In this document: one piece after another, positions 26,282 to 41,000 of the stretch
How positions within the stretch are numbered: position 1 is the first letter of the stretch
Layout of the letters: the number at the start of each line of letters is the position of its first letter
Assembly: GCA_015680685.1 (NCBI GenBank)
Contig: MNCI01000986.1
Span: forward strand, 668,372-732,371
Length of the DNA: 64,000 nt
DNA from: Gnetum montanum
Lineage: Eukaryota > Plantae > Gnetophyta
Direction: 5' to 3'
Position numbers and translations under genes: made by a program
Notes under the pieces: model-generated
Told to the model about the DNA's origin: nothing
Seen by the model: the letters and a program-made list of their open reading frames with translations, nothing else
Databases searched by the model: none

Positions 26282-28853
26282 TGATGAGTGGCGAGATACC
26301 CCTACACTCAACCATATGAATATGAGCATAGCACGCCTGATCCGGTCGAACTCCGCAGACTAAGTTCCTACACGACTTATGGAACACTTAAGGTTAATCA
26401 TTCGTTGTCTTCCTAGACTTACTTGTAGTTGTCACAGTTGTATGGTTAAGTAAGTCTGAGGTATGTGATTTTTATGTCTTTTCTATTTTATCCCCTATGC
26501 TAACAAGGTGAAGGGTGAAGAGACTAATTAACTAACTTTAACTAACTAACTAAGTCTTAATTAACCTAGCATTAGCATCTATTCCCACTTACCGTTCACA
26601 CCCTAAACCGATACAACCTTTGTTACCAAATGCTAGTCTTTGCTGAGATCACCAAGTGTAATGCACGTGCTCGAAGTAGTCGTACTAAGGCACTTAACTA
26701 GGAGAGAAGGGTTGAAAGAGATTTAATGAACTAAGAAAACAATTAAATAATAAATAGTAAATAACAATAAATAAAGTCCTAATTAGCCTATTCCATGCAC
26801 TGCAACGTTTATCCAAGAAGTTCGTCTTTATTGTCGTACACAAACTTGTGTTCAGGTACAATATTTGCTCAAATAAAGATCCGTTCACTCTGGAGTTCCT
26901 ATTGCGGGCACATGGAAATTAATCTATCTTTGAAGAGGGAAAACTACTAGAGTTTCGCTATGGTCTAAGCCTAGGATGAGAAACAAGGGAGAGCCACCTC
27001 TTATTTATAGACTTGGCAACACACAGTGATATCGCGTACTCGATATCGCGGGGGATGACACGATATTGCGTATGCAATATCGTGGCCCATGCAATATCGC
27101 ATCCCATCATACCCCCATGACTAAATGAAAACTCATCCTTGAGTTCCTTACAAAATATTGAGAAGGTATGGGATTATTGACTGAATGGAACTAATGGTGA
27201 ATGGGATGACATGTGAATGGATCATCATTACAAGACATGACAAAACTGGTGTTCATGACAACAAGAGTGAACACCTTATTACATTTGACATCAAGCCTTA
27301 TTTGGAAGCTGAGAGAGAAGAGAGAAGAGAGAAGAAGTCTTGCTACTGCCAATGCCAAGATTGCGCCTTTCGTTGTCCATCCGTAAGCACATCATTGATC
27401 TTGTTCCTTGCATAGCTGCTTCAGCACCGATCCATTCCAAGTGTTCCCTCTAGATCCAATCCATTGTTGCATGATTGCCACCTGCACACATAACACAATC
27501 TTATATTAGCAAGGGTAAATGAATTTCAATGCAGTTGATACCTTGCCTCAGTGAAAGGTCCATTGGTTGGGTTGTGGTATGGCTGATTGCAGATCTAGGG
27601 ATATATTAATGATGACTATCGAAGGTGTAGGGGTTAGGAGAAAATCGAAAAAAATGGGCCTCGTACCCCCATGATTAATCGTGAACCTCCAGTAGCAAGA
27701 GAATGGAAAAGGAAAAAGAACAAGAAAGATGGAGAAAAAGAGACAACTATTATGTCAATGAAATGGATGTCAAGATGGAAATGAACAAAATAAAGTGGAT
27801 TGTGAAAATGTTAAGGGAAAAAATTCAACGGATGCACCAAATAGGAGTGCCAGTGGGTCCTCCCAAAAGCAGGCTCATGCCCTTAATGCCCTGACAAACC
27901 CACATTCATAGAGTCCGTAGGCTCTAGGAATGTCCTTTGGAACAAGAGTTAAAGTCTTAACCACAAGAATTTACCAAAAAAAAAAACAATGCATCTACCA
28001 AAATATATACTAATGATACAATCGGCAATGAGGTGAATAATGGAGAAAAGGGAATGGAATGGAATCCTAAGAACAAGGTGGTGTGCAGCCCCTTGTGTGT
28101 TTCATGATTAATGTGACTTGGAAAATCTCATTCCAACTCTAGCCTCAAACAAACCACATCCAGTGACTTCGCATTAATGCATTCATCCAATCCATCCTCT
28201 TGAATAACAAAAATGCCTTCACCAAAGAGCCACTACCATTCCGCCGAAACGAAGGAGGAGAGAATGGGAAGCGAGAAGGGCCTTAGTTAGAGGGAATATT
28301 TTTATTTTAGTTCCATAACCAGTGCTTATAGCCCAAGGGATGTGCTTTGAATTCTTACTTTTTTTTCTTTCTTCTTGTTTTCTTGTTTTTTTTTGTGTTT
28401 TTTGTTTTTATGCATGAGAACCACACCATGCAAAGACTTATTATTTTTATTGACTCAGCTTCTTGATAATTAGGTAACATTGGAACGGTAAGAAAACTTA
28501 AGAAGAAAACATCCAAGCACCCAAGAGAATGGCCAACACAAATGAATCAAGTTCCCTTGAAGTCACACCCTTTTCAAGCATTGAGTCCTTTCTTAGTTTG
28601 AGAAATACCCGGTCATCGATTCATTGATGGTTCTTATTAGAAAGGGACTATACATTTCCAAGTCAAGAGAGACCATAGACTTTTGTGGATGAATGGATGA
28701 AGTGGACTCATTGCCTGTCAGATCAAAAGAAACATACCTTAGTATCAACATCATAACTTAAAGGTAAAAATCAAACATTAGCAATCAAATAGAAAAACAG
28801 TTTATACCATCATGAAGAACACTTATTGGGTGACAAACTTACAAGATAGATAA

Positions 28854-28856
<3 letters not shown>

Positions 28857-28894
<38 letters not shown>
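28857..28894. repeat. (AC)n microsatellite
   Basis: About 19 perfect AC units in the element's 3' non-coding region. Confidence 0.97.
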
Positions 28895-28897
<3 letters not shown>

Positions 28898-29010
28898 GAA
28901 ATGAAAAAATATGAATGATGTTGTAAAATAAAAACAAGAAAAGTTAAAGAAATTTGTAAAACAAAAAATTTTTAAAACAAAACCTTAAAAGAACTGAGAG
29001 CCTCCAATGA

Positions 29011-32000
29011 TTAGCATAGGTGGCCATCTCCCCCATGATTGAATGAAAAGGGGGAGATCCAAAATAAAGAGTGAGGTTGCCTGATAGCAAAGGTGTAATT
29101 TGTACTGCCTAGTTCACAGAAGGGTTTTGTTTGTTGCACATTAACCAATAACCTATTATCCAGGATTTCAGGCTTGTATATTGTCATGGCTCTAGAGGGA
29201 AAGGTCATATGAATAATATAGGATCCTTCCCACAATGTTTGAAATTTCGTACGTTGTGGTACATGCGTGAGATTCCAGTAAAGGACCTTGTCTCCTAGTT
29301 GGTAACTAAATCTTTGAATTCTTAAGTCATGATGTTTTTTATTATGTGCCTTATGCAAATCATTTAACAACAGAGCAACCAATCTATTCTCATCTAGCAC
29401 ATTTAGAGTTTCCAATCTTTGTTTTTGTGTTAGGTCAAGGTCAAGGTGAAGGTCGCAAGCCATGGATAGTGTATGGAGCTCAGTTTGTATAGGGAGCTTT
29501 GGCAGTTTTCTGTATACTAACTCATAGGGAGAGTAGCCTGTAGGGAGTTTCCAAGTGGAGCGGTATGCCCAGAGAGCGTTGTTCAGTTTCATGCTCCAAT
29601 CTTGCCTTAATTTGCTAATTGTTCTCGTTAATATTCTCGTAATCTCCCAATTAGTAGCCTCGGCTTGGCCATTAGCTTGGGGGTGGTAAGGTGTGGTTAA
29701 TTTATGTTCAACCCCTAAGCGTTGCATCAATTTGCGAAAAGTTGCTCCTGTAAAATGTGTCCCATTATCAGAGATGAGTACACGCGGCACACCAAACCTA
29801 TTCACAATTTGTTGTTGTACAAATCATGTAGCCATAGACGATGTGTAGTCTGTTACAGCAGCTGCTTTAGCCCATTTGGTTAAATAGTCAATAGCAACAA
29901 TGATATATGCTTTTCCGTTGGACATTGTTGTAATGGGCCCCATAAAATCTATTCCCCAGATGTCGAAGGGTTCCAAAGGTTGAATCCATTGTTGCGGACC
30001 CTCCATTCTAGCAATCATTCCACCATCACGTTGGCAGTGTTCACAAGATTGGGCAAAATGATGGGCGTCCCAAAATAGTATTGGCTAGTAATATCTTGCA
30101 AGTAGGATCTTAGTAGCCATTCGTCCCCTGGCATCGTGACCCCCACAGGGGCCCTCATGAGCATCCTGGAGAACTTTTAATTGATCCTCATCGGGCACAC
30201 ACCATTGAACCAAGCCATTAGGATAGGCTTTATAGAGTTGTCTCTTGATTTCCATGAAGTACTTAGTTTTGTGAAGAAACTATTGTTTCTTCCTAAAGTC
30301 CAACCCCTGTGATGTTTGTTGGGAAAGGAGATAAGTAAGAATGCTACTATACCAATTTGTTCCCGTGGGTTGGTTATTCACTACACCGAAAAAGAGGGTT
30401 TCATTAGGAAAATGATTAGATACAGCATATTCATCCTCTTTGTTATCCCAACACAACCAAGATAAGTGATCTACGACTACATTCTCGGTGCCTTTGTGGT
30501 CTACTATTGTTAAATCGAACTCCTGAAGGATTACCAACCAACGTATGATATGTGTGGGCTAACTGTTGGCTTGTTCATGAGAAACCTAATTGCACTATGG
30601 TCCATATGGATGTATACTTTGTAGCCCAATACATAGTGCCTAAATTTGTCCATGCAAACACTACAGTCATTAATTCCTTTTTTGTAGTTGTGTAATTGAG
30701 TTGTGCACCGATGATACTCTTATGGGCATAGTGAATGTAATAAGGTCATTTTTGTTCATCTAATTGTGTCAGTATGGCTCCTAAGACATAATTAGATGCG
30801 TCGGTCATGATATGGAACTGCCTGGACCATTCAGGGGCTTGTAGAATAGGGGTTTCCACTAGCCTTTGTTTTAAATTTTAGAATGCCCGTTCACATTCCC
30901 TGGTCCATTCAAAGGGTGCATATTTTTTCATCAATTCTACCAACAGTTTGGCAATCTTGGAGAAGTTCTTAATAAATCTCCTATAGTAGCCAGTGTGTCC
31001 AAGGAACGACCAAATATCTTTGACCATTTTTGGTTGACGAGTGATTCCTTGGATGACCCTAACATTTTCTTGGTCTACCTCTATTCCTAATTGTGAAACC
31101 TTATGCCCCAATACTATGCCCTCTTGAACCATCATATGGCTTTTCTGCCAGTTGAGCTTTAGGTTGGTTTCAACGCATCGTTTCAACACTTGCTCTAACT
31201 GGTCTAGGGCTTGACCAAAGCTTGACCCATAAGTGGAGAATTCATCCATAAAGACTTCTACTTCATTACCAATTTGCTGTTGAAATATTCTTAGAACTAA
31301 TCGTTGAAACGTGGAAAGGACATTGCACAAGCCAAATGGCATTTGTTTATATGCAAACATTCCCCAAGGACTGGTGAATGTTGTTTTGGCTTGGTCTTCT
31401 GATGTGATCCGTATTTGGTTGTACCCACTATAACCATCCAAAAAACTATAATAGCGATGCCCTGCTATAGTGTCTAAGACCTGGTCAAGAAATGGCAATG
31501 GGAAGTGATCCTTGAATGTTGCCATATTTAATAGCCTAAAATCTATGCATACCCTCCATTTGCCTTCTTTTTTAGGTATGATTACTAGAGGACTAACCCA
31601 TTCGCTATCAGCAATGGGATAAATGAACCCGGCCTTGAGAATTTTCTCTATTTTTTCTTTCACTATTTGTTTCAACTTCAGGTTTAATCGCCTCTACGGT
31701 TGTTTTCGAGGCTTCATGGAGGTGTCTATGTAAATCCAATGCTGGCATATCCTAGGATCTATTCTAGTTAATTCAAGGTATGACCACGCAAAGGCTGTTG
31801 ACCATTTATTTATCACCTTCAGCAAACTCTCTTTTTGTTTGGGGGCAAGCTTTACGTTGATGATTACCAGTTTTCCATTTTTAAGGGTCATGTATTCCAG
31901 ACCAGTGGGAAATGATTTTAAATCCAAGGGCTCTTATTTAAGCTTCTCAGGAATCTCCAACTTCCCCCAGTTAATGTTTTCAGGGTTAAGGGCTAGAAGT

Positions 32001-35000
32001 TGGTAACGGACTTGCCCAAGTGCATCCATGCTTTCAACGTAAGCACTAGTGATCCCCTCAGTTAGTTCCATGCATGTCATTGAATTGCTCTCTTGGTTAG
32101 CCATCAGCCACTGGGTGTTTTCTTGTCCTGTGGCTGTTGCATATAGGCACTTTTGTATATCAATGTCTTATGCACACCAATTGCATGCAAGCAATGTTAA
32201 ACTATGCATTACCCATGATTTCTGCACACAATGGCACCCTGTGTCACTATATGTGATGCATGGAACTTTCTTCTTCTCAATCTTTCCAAAAATATTTTTC
32301 TTGGATATTTCTAGGGAAAGATTGTGAATTCCTAGGTGTGAATCTATTGTGCTCAACCATGCCCTTCCCATTATTATTGGGAAGTCCCCTTTGTCATTGT
32401 TTATTTGGATCACCAGGAAATCAACTGGATATGACCAACCACCTACGGTGGTAACAATGTCCTCAACCTATCCCAAAGGAATAGTGATGGACTGGTCAGC
32501 CAGCTCTAAGCAAATATTGCTCTTCTTGAGTGAAGGCAGGTTCTAGGTTTTATACAATTCTTGTGAAATTAAGTTGACTCTGGAGCCTAAGTCAAGAAGA
32601 GCCTTATGAGGTTCATTCCCAATGACTTGGAGATAAATTAGGGGGCTTCCAGGATCAAAGAATTTCTTGGGAAGGTGGCCTACCTTAATCCAATCAGTAA
32701 CGATATGTGTTAACATAACCGTGTGCATTGGCCTCAATTTTTGGGTTGAAGGGGGTCCCGAAACCTTATTTGGTATGGAGGTGTTTAGATGTTCAACCGC
32801 TTGTAAAGGTGAGGGCTTGGTTGGATTTTTGATTCTAAAGAAAGGTCTTTTTGGCATAGGATTATTAGAACCAACTGAGAATTGAGGATTGGGAGCCCTC
32901 GTGATATCGGGTTGTTGCAGTTGAGTGGGAAATACCCTTGGCATTGTTGGAGCGGATAATGGTGGAGCTACCAGTGTAAGAGATGCAAATGGATTCGGAG
33001 GATAGTATGGATATGGAGCATCTCCTAGAGGAGAAGGAGTCCTAAAATACTCCTAAACTTGGTAGTAACATGGTGGGGTTATGTGACCCATAAAGTCACT
33101 TGGAGGAACCAGCTGTTGCATGTAATAGCCATAAGGATCAGGTTGCCAGTAAGGGTATTGTTGTTTGGGCGGTGGCATCCCCCATGACTGTGGGTGTTGC
33201 CACTACTGATGTTGCCTGATGGGTTATGGTGGAGTTCCACTTGGATAGTATGTTAATAGTTGGTGGAACTGCCTCAGGTTACCTTAGGGATAAGGTAACC
33301 TTCGGGATGTTTGCCATTGGTTAAGTCTCGGGTTAAGTGCATACACCCCAGAATCTTGTAGATGTGAGATGATTCGATAACATCCCTTAGGATGGTCATA
33401 TTGGCAGCTCTCACACCCACCGTCATTGTTTGTGTCTGAGTCCACAACCTCATCAGATATAGTTATTTTCCCCTTACCATTGTTACTTGCATTGCCCTCA
33501 TCTCTCCTCTTTTTCTTATCAGAGTCACTACCTCATTCCACCTTAGACTCCTCTATGATTTTCAGGATAGTTTCAAGTCTAGAGTCTAAGGAATCCCACA
33601 TTTGATCCACCTTAGCCGACACTTCAGTTGTGAACTTTTGGAGTGGCAAGTTTTTTCTGTTCACCAACTCTTCGAGTGATGACTCATCCTCCTCATCACA
33701 AAATTTCACTCCCTTCTTCCAAAGGGAAGGATCGCGGTTGTATTCTTCCATGCTCTCTCTTTTTCGTAGCTGCCCTTCTTCTTTGGCTACTTGCTCCAAC
33801 AAGTGATGAATTTCATGGGCTCTAAGTTCTGATAATCTCCCTTGGGCATAAGTCCCAAGGGTTCTCCTAGTTTCATACCTTAGCCCATCTACGAGGTGGC
33901 AGAGTTGATCCCGCTATGCATAACCATGGCCCAGGCAACGATGTAGCAATGCATAGTATCGACCCATGGTAGCATCCAAGGGTTCATGATTACCCTACTT
34001 CCATCCTTGGATCTATTTACGCAAGTTAGACACTCTAGAGTACATTTGGTATTTATCATTGAACAATTCTAACATCGTACTCCATCTCCTAATGGTTTCT
34101 AGTTCTAAGGACCAGTATCAACTCTCTGCTTCCCTTGTGAGTGTCCTAGAAAAAAACTTTAGTTTCTGCCACTCATTTTCTATATTTTGCAAGGCATAGG
34201 CATCGTGGAATTCCTGTAAATGATTCTATAGATCAACGTTGTATCCCCCTTCGAAGCGTGGGATATTATTCATGTCTAAGCGCTTGATCCGGCTATCTTT
34301 TTGATGCCTTGTCGGTATTCTCATTGCCTCTATTATATCTAGCATACTTTGGGTTGCAAGTAGGGGCTCTTCATAATCATCTCTTTCATGATGTCTATGA
34401 TGTCTATGTTGTTCCCTACTTTCCCTTCGTTCATGCCTTGATTCTCATGAGTGGCCTTGTCCTCTCTATCGACTCTCTTGTCGAGGTCTCTCATTTTGCC
34501 TACCTCTATCCTCACTGTTATGCTCTTGGTGGCTGCGCCTAGATGTGGAAGGAGAGGGTGAGTGATGTGATGAAGGGGAAGAAGAAGGAGAACCATCGTC
34601 ATGACAATGCTTCTTGCCTTCTCTTCGGCTGCTACAACCCCGATCATGATGACAATCCAAGTGCCCATCCTTATCATGTGTTGTTGTTCCCTTAGTGAAC
34701 AGTTGGTGTTCACGGGGATTAGAACTAGGGTTGTGTATCGTGGAGCGCAGGTTCTGATACCCCACCTCCTCACCATCATTAGGAGGGGGAACATCATTCG
34801 ATGGAGAACTTGTTAGAAGTGGTTCACCATCTCCAATTTCACTTAGGACATGCGGGACCCCTTTTCCATTTAATAGTGTATGGTGGCTCTCCTACTGTGA
34901 CTTCCTTAAATGTTGTGCTTCTATGGAATGGTAATCCCTTATGTCGATATTGCCTACAACGTATTCAGCATATAGCTGTGTCATGCTGATCTGTGCCAAA

Positions 35001-35130
35001 GCACAGAGGAGCATGTTTGGGACTGACTGATCTAGAGGTAACACTAGGTTACCTTGCAAATCTCTCCATCGCAGCTATTCATCTTGATGGAGGATAAAGG
35101 TAAAATCTAGAATATACTCATCGGGATGAG
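29011..35130 (-). pseudogene. gypsy gag-pol (PR LLDLGS, RT 30878..31675, RH, INT 29011..30018), interrupted by stops
   Basis: ORF track shows WVSPLVIIPKKEGKWRVCIDFR, FLDGYSGYNQI, WGIDFMGP, SDNGTHF and YHPQANGQAE. Confidence 0.92.
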
Positions 35131-35371
35131 TATAGACTATCCGATGTTGTTGAGGAACTGGCAGATTTCGGTTATGTGTTTGATGTTGCTGACTATTTCT
35201 AGTATAATCCCTAGGTGGTGAATTGATCTTATGAGAAGAAGACATCTTGATTTAATTTGGTGTGCTATTTAACCGTTATATAATTTTTTCGTTTAATTAA
35301 CCCTAAGGTTCATTTAAGCTCCCAACAAGGTGGATAATCTCCTATGTTCTACTTAGTGCACAAACACTTAG

Positions 35372-35389
35372 TCCTCGGCAACGGTGCCA
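35372..35389 (-). promoter_or_regulatory. primer-binding site complementary to the tRNA-Asp 3' end
   Basis: TGGCACCGTTGCCGAGGA on minus, adjacent to the 5' LTR. Confidence 0.88.
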
Positions 35390-36183
35390 ATGATGAGCGG
35401 CGAGATATCCCTACACTTAACCATACGAATATGAGCATAGCACACGTGATCTGGTCAAACTCTACAAACTAAGTGCCTACACGCCTTATGGAACACTTAA
35501 GGTTAATCATTCATTGTCTTCCTAGACTTACTTATAGTTGTCATGGTTGTATGGTTAAGTAAGTCTAAGGTATGTGATTTTTATGTCTTTTCTATTTTAT
35601 CTCTTATGCTAAAAAGGTGAAGGGTGAAGAGACTAATTGACTAACTTTAACTAACTAAGTCTTAATTAACCTAGCATCAGCATCTGTTCCCACTTACCGT
35701 TCACACCCTGAATTGATGCAACCTTGGTTACCAAACGCTAGTCTTTGCTGGGATCACCAAGCGTAATGCACGTGCTCGAAGCAGTCATACTGAGGCACTT
35801 AACTAGGAGAGAAGGGTTGAGAGAGATTTAATGAACTAAGAAAGCAATTAAATGATAAACAGTAAATAACAATAAATAAAGTCCTAATTAGCCTATTCCA
35901 TGCACTGCAAGGTTTATCCAAGAAGTTTGTCTTTATTGCTGTACACAAACTTGTGTTCAGGTACAATATTTGCTCGAATAAAGATCCATTCACTCTGGAG
36001 TTCCTACTGCGGGCACATGGAAATTAATCTATCTTTTGAGAGGGAAAACTTCCAGAGTTTCGCTACGGTCTAAGCCTAGGATGAGAAACAAGGGAGAGCT
36101 GCCTCTTATTTATAGACTTGGTGGTGCACCGCGATATTGCATCCCACGCGATATCGCAGCCCATGCCTTATCACATCCCATCA

Positions 36184-37275
36184 AAGAGAAAACCTTCACA
36201 AGTAGAATTCACCACAACCAATCATGAAAAAAATGTAGATCAGATAAAAGCCACAAGCCATAGCAATGGATGTAAAAATGAAGAAAAGGGTTGATCAAGT
36301 GTAGGATCAACCCAAAACATGTTGCTATTTAACGTGTAGTTAAACAGGAGAAAACATTCATAGGTAAAATTCACCACAACCAATCATGAAAGAAAAATTA
36401 GATCAGTAGCAATTAAATAATGAAAGCCACAGTAATGGATGTAAAAATGTAAAAAAGGTTGATCAAGTGCAATAACAAAAGACAATCAACCATAAACATG
36501 TTGCTAGCAATTGAACAGGAGAAAACATTTACAAGCAGCCAATCATGGAAGAAAAATTAGATTAGATAAAAGTCACAAAAATGGATGTAATAATGAAAAA
36601 AAAAGGTTGATAAAGTGCAACGACAAAAGGAGGATCAACTAAAAATATGTTGCTATTTAACGTGCAATTAAACAAGAGAAAACATTTGCAGGTAGAATTC
36701 ACTACAGCTAATAATGAAAGAAAAATAAGATTAGTAGTAATTAAATAATGAAAGCCATGACAATGGATGTAAAAATGAAAAAAAGCATTGATCAAATGCA
36801 ACAATAAAGGAGGACTAACCAAAAACATGTGCAATTAAACAAGACAACATTCACAACACCAAACATTCACAAGTAGAATTCACCATAGCCAATCATGAAA
36901 GAAAAATTAGATCAGCAGCAATTAAATGATAAAAGCCATGACAATGAATGCAAAAATGAAACAAAGGGTTGATCAAGTGCAATGACAAAAGAAGATAAAC
37001 TGAAAACACATCATTGTTTAACATGCAGTTAAATAAGAGAAAACATTCACAGGTACAATTTACAACAACCAATTATGGAAGAAAAATTAGATCATCAGAA
37101 ATTAAATTATGAAATGGATGTGAAAATGAAACAAAGGGTTGATCAAGTGCAACAACAAAGGAGGATCAACTGAAAACACATCGTTGTTTAAAGTGCAATT
37201 GAACAAGAGAAAACATTCACAGCTAAAATTCACCATAGCCAATTATGGAAGAAAAATTAGATCAGATGAAAGTCA
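36184..37275 (+). repeat. ~179-bp tandem repeat array, block 2
   Basis: Same monomer, resuming in register after the TSD. Confidence 0.95.
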
Positions 37276-38044
37276 ATCTAAGGTATATTTGATTTTGTAA
37301 TTGGACATGAGGTCGAATATTGCTGATTTTATTTGCAAATGCAAAAAATCTTTCTTTCTGTACTTGTTCATTTGACTTTTCAAGGTAAAGTATATATCTT
37401 CAAATGTGATTAACAGTCAATATTCCACACCTTTAAATCATTAATGAGTTACAGTTCACGGGACAAGTGGTAGCCCCTAATTTGCCTTCATTGAATAAGG
37501 CTTGACTTGACTCTTTGGAAAACATCAAACATTAAATATCCTCATTTATTCCACATTGTCCTTAGTGCACTTCCATCTATATAAACCCTCCTAGGCCATT
37601 CTTTTCTTTCATAGCTTTCATTAGTTCTCAAGCTCAACTTTTCATCTTCTATTGAACTTTGTAGCCCTTTTGTAATCACCAAGGCTTGTGTCTTTTTCCC
37701 TAATGGGCATCTTACCAAGGCAAACCGCCTGATCAAGGGAGACATGAAGACCAACATCCAAATGATTTTGGACTCAAAAACAACCGATTAAATCAGTCTC
37801 AACTGTCTGAACTTCATTTTTCTTTCTCAACGGTTGGCCTTGGAAAAAAGGGCAATACTTGGTCAAACAACTAAGACCTTGGGATCCAAGTAGCCAACCA
37901 TACAACCCCATGCTCTACATGTAGCTAGGAGGTACTCAGTCAAGTGTGCAAAGGACTTCAACATTATGCTAGATGATGTGGTCCCACTTGTCTTATGAAG
38001 TGGAGGTCTCAAGGGTGGTGGAGCAGAAGCAAGGGTTTTGGCCA

Positions 38045-38080
<36 letters not shown>

Positions 38081-41000
38081 ACCATATGAAAGCAATACTC
38101 TAACCGCTGAGTTAAGTAGGTCAGCTTTGAGGCCTTAGAACCAAAAATTTGAAAAGACCTTAGGGGGCCTCTGTGCCCAATGCCGCCAAGTGCGGGAGAG
38201 GGTGAATGCCAAACTTATCTTTAACGTAGCTAAAGGGGGGACACCGAAATTCTATAAAGTGGTATGACATGAGAATGAGTAGCAAATTGTAGTAAGAAGA
38301 ACCAGACTCACTTCTGAGCCAAAGAGTTGTGATGTAGTTTAGTACTATCATGCCTGTGTGAACAAACAAACCAACCACCTTAACTAGCTTCAGCAATTCT
38401 GCCTAATCGATCACTATGAAGTAAGTAGTTCTGCTGGCAAACCATTTTGTTGTGTTTGTTGTATTTATGAAGTCCATCCATCCTTGCTTCCAAGGCTTCC
38501 TCGATCCGGTTCGTGCCCTTCCCTATGAGAGGCTTGAGCTCTTTCTCCTCAGGTGTGGTGAGTAGAGTGTAGCTTACGAGGCTCCAGGTGGCGTTGCTTC
38601 CTCCTTTTGATCTAATCTTGCTCTGTGGAAAAGAAGCATTTTTCTTATGTTGGCTTGTGGTTGTGTTGTCCAACCTTGTCCTAGTTATTCCCATCCTCGT
38701 TCAATCCCTCTCTCGATCCTAAGCTCGCCTTTCTCTTTACATACATTCACTTCATCCTATAAGCACAAGGTTTGGTAGTTCGATGAGCTTGAACCATTGT
38801 CGTCTCATATGTTGTCTACTCTGCTAGCGTACATGTGCTATCTACTCTTAGTGTAGTGCGCTAAGGGAGACCCCCTATTCCTTAGACATACTCTCGCAGT
38901 GAAGATGAAGATTGGCCTCTTCCTGTTCTTGACAAGCTAGTGACTCCACTGCTACCCACCTAGAGTTGACTATTAATCCATCGCCTAAGCCCATTGGCCT
39001 TTCATCCTTGCCTAAGGTACATTGTTCTTATTTCTGAAATCCATATGGTTTGTGTCTGACCCAACATAGTGCTTTTCTTGCCATTGTTCATTCTTCTTTG
39101 AAGCTGCAAAATGATAGTGAGGCAACAAGGATCCCTTAGTGGCAACAGGCCATGTCTAAGGAATTGCCAATCTTGCAAAAGTATCATATAAAAGAGAAAG
39201 AAGTTCTATTTGTTCTCTATTTTCTCGAGTCAAAATTCAAATTGTTATTTGAAATGTCAAGATTGGCTTGGTCGTTGTCACACCACTCGCTGATGTGGAT
39301 CTGGGAGGCCTAGTTGCTCGCATTGAATATGAATAAGCTCTTCTTTCATTCCTATTGTTCAAATGCTTTCCCTTTGCTTTGATGCCAACTAGGACTGGTA
39401 GCATGATCTTCTCTTGGATTCATAATGGGAGCTACACGTTAGCACTTTACTTTTTCACTTTTTCAACATAACATAAGAGGTCTTGTCTCATGACTATCTC
39501 GATCCTATCTCTTTGCTACTTTAGTAGAATAAGCAGTCTTGATGCTTTGGGCATGACACTAGTTGGACTATGCTTTCCTAGCCAAAGGCTATTCTTGATT
39601 TGATCTTGCCAAGAAGAAGGGCATTCAACAAACATAGTGATGTTTCTATCATATCTTTATTATGTATGTATATTTTGTCATTTTTGGCAAAATTCACAGT
39701 ATAAAACTATACAAATAGGTTGTTTTCTTGCAATTAAATCAAAAGGATTTGTTCTTACCTCAAAGGGAGTGCAACCAGCTTATCCATCATAACATAATAT
39801 AGGAACACCCTCTCCCTTTTCAACTCCAAACAAATGCTTAGTTAGCTGTGAATGAGAACTCTTGTTGCTTGTTGGCAGGTAGCTCCATGTAAGGTAAGCT
39901 CGAAAGCAAGTTCTTACTCTTTAACCTAAGGGGAAGAAAGTTGTGATTACCTAGGGTGAGGTTGATCTTCTTTCTACAATACAGCTATTAGTCTTATTAG
40001 AGTCAATAGCTGTCTCTTTTTCTGCCTATTAGTGGTGTGACTATGACTTTCTTCTTAAAAAGACTACTTTTCTTTGAAAGAGATATGGGCATAGCTAAAC
40101 TTTTTCAAATGCGGGATTGGGACGATAGAAGAGGTCTAGTCTAGATTAGTACTTTCTTTTGCTAGATAATATGTTGTTGTCAGCCCAATGCAGTTAGCTC
40201 AAAAGGGAGTTCAGTCACTTCCAAATCCAGATTCAATGATTGTTGAGTGAATGAAGCCCAGTCAGTAGCCAACCAAGGCTTGAGAGATGCAAAACCTTAA
40301 GTGGCCAAGAAAGGGATGAGTGCTTCTTAACTAATTTAGAACTGAAAGAAGGCAGAACATGGATCCGTATAGGGAGAAGAGAATCTAGGCTTTCTAAACT
40401 AGACCAATTGGACAACTTTCAAAAGCATAAATAGCTCATTTGACCTGACCTAGTTTCAAAGGCCCCTTTAGAGAAGTTGAATCAAGGAAAAGGACCTATA
40501 TTTGATTTGAACTAATTCGAATCTCATGACCCATGATCCTTAGAAAGGGCAGAAGGGCTCGATCCTAGACGAAGCTGCACTCAAGGCGATGGATGACTAT
40601 CACTTACTCTTTTCCCTACAACCGAGTGAGCAGTTGTTCTTGCTATTTTTGAAGCAGTTGCATTTGATTTGGGAAGGTGGTCCCGTATCGATATTTAAAG
40701 TAGTTCCGGAGAAAGGCTAAATGGATTTAGGAGTGAGCTGGCTATCCCCTTCTTAATAGACACTGGCCCCAACACCGGCTTGGGGTAAATCAAAGTAGCA
40801 ATAATCAAGATACCAGGCTCAAGGCTAGATAGAAGATAGGCTATTCCTCTTACCGTACTTCCTGAGGGGAGGTTGAATAAAGCTATTACAGAAGAAGCTA
40901 CAGTCCTTAGGCCTCCCAAAAAGATAGAAATATCCAAAGTCCTTATGCCAACATTAGCAGTAGTGCTAGTAAGGCCAACAAAAATAAAGAGTGAAGGTGC

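Larger units (their letters stand above)
26282..36183 (-). mobile_element. full-length Athila-type Ty3/gypsy LTR retrotransposon inserted in the tandem array
   Basis: LTRs 26282-27109 and 35391-36183 (TG...CA, highly similar) with a perfect TSD AAGAG (26277-26281 / 36184-36188). PBS at 35372-35389, PPT at 27110. gag-PR-RT-RH-INT order with no extra RNase H. Confidence 0.97.

Noticed and set aside
23425-37275. CRISPR-like array
   Set aside because: Whole units repeat with no unique spacers, no cas genes are present, and the context is eukaryotic.
38049-38121. Functional nuclear tRNA-Met gene
   Set aside because: Organellar-type sequence with a weakened anticodon stem inside a decayed insert.
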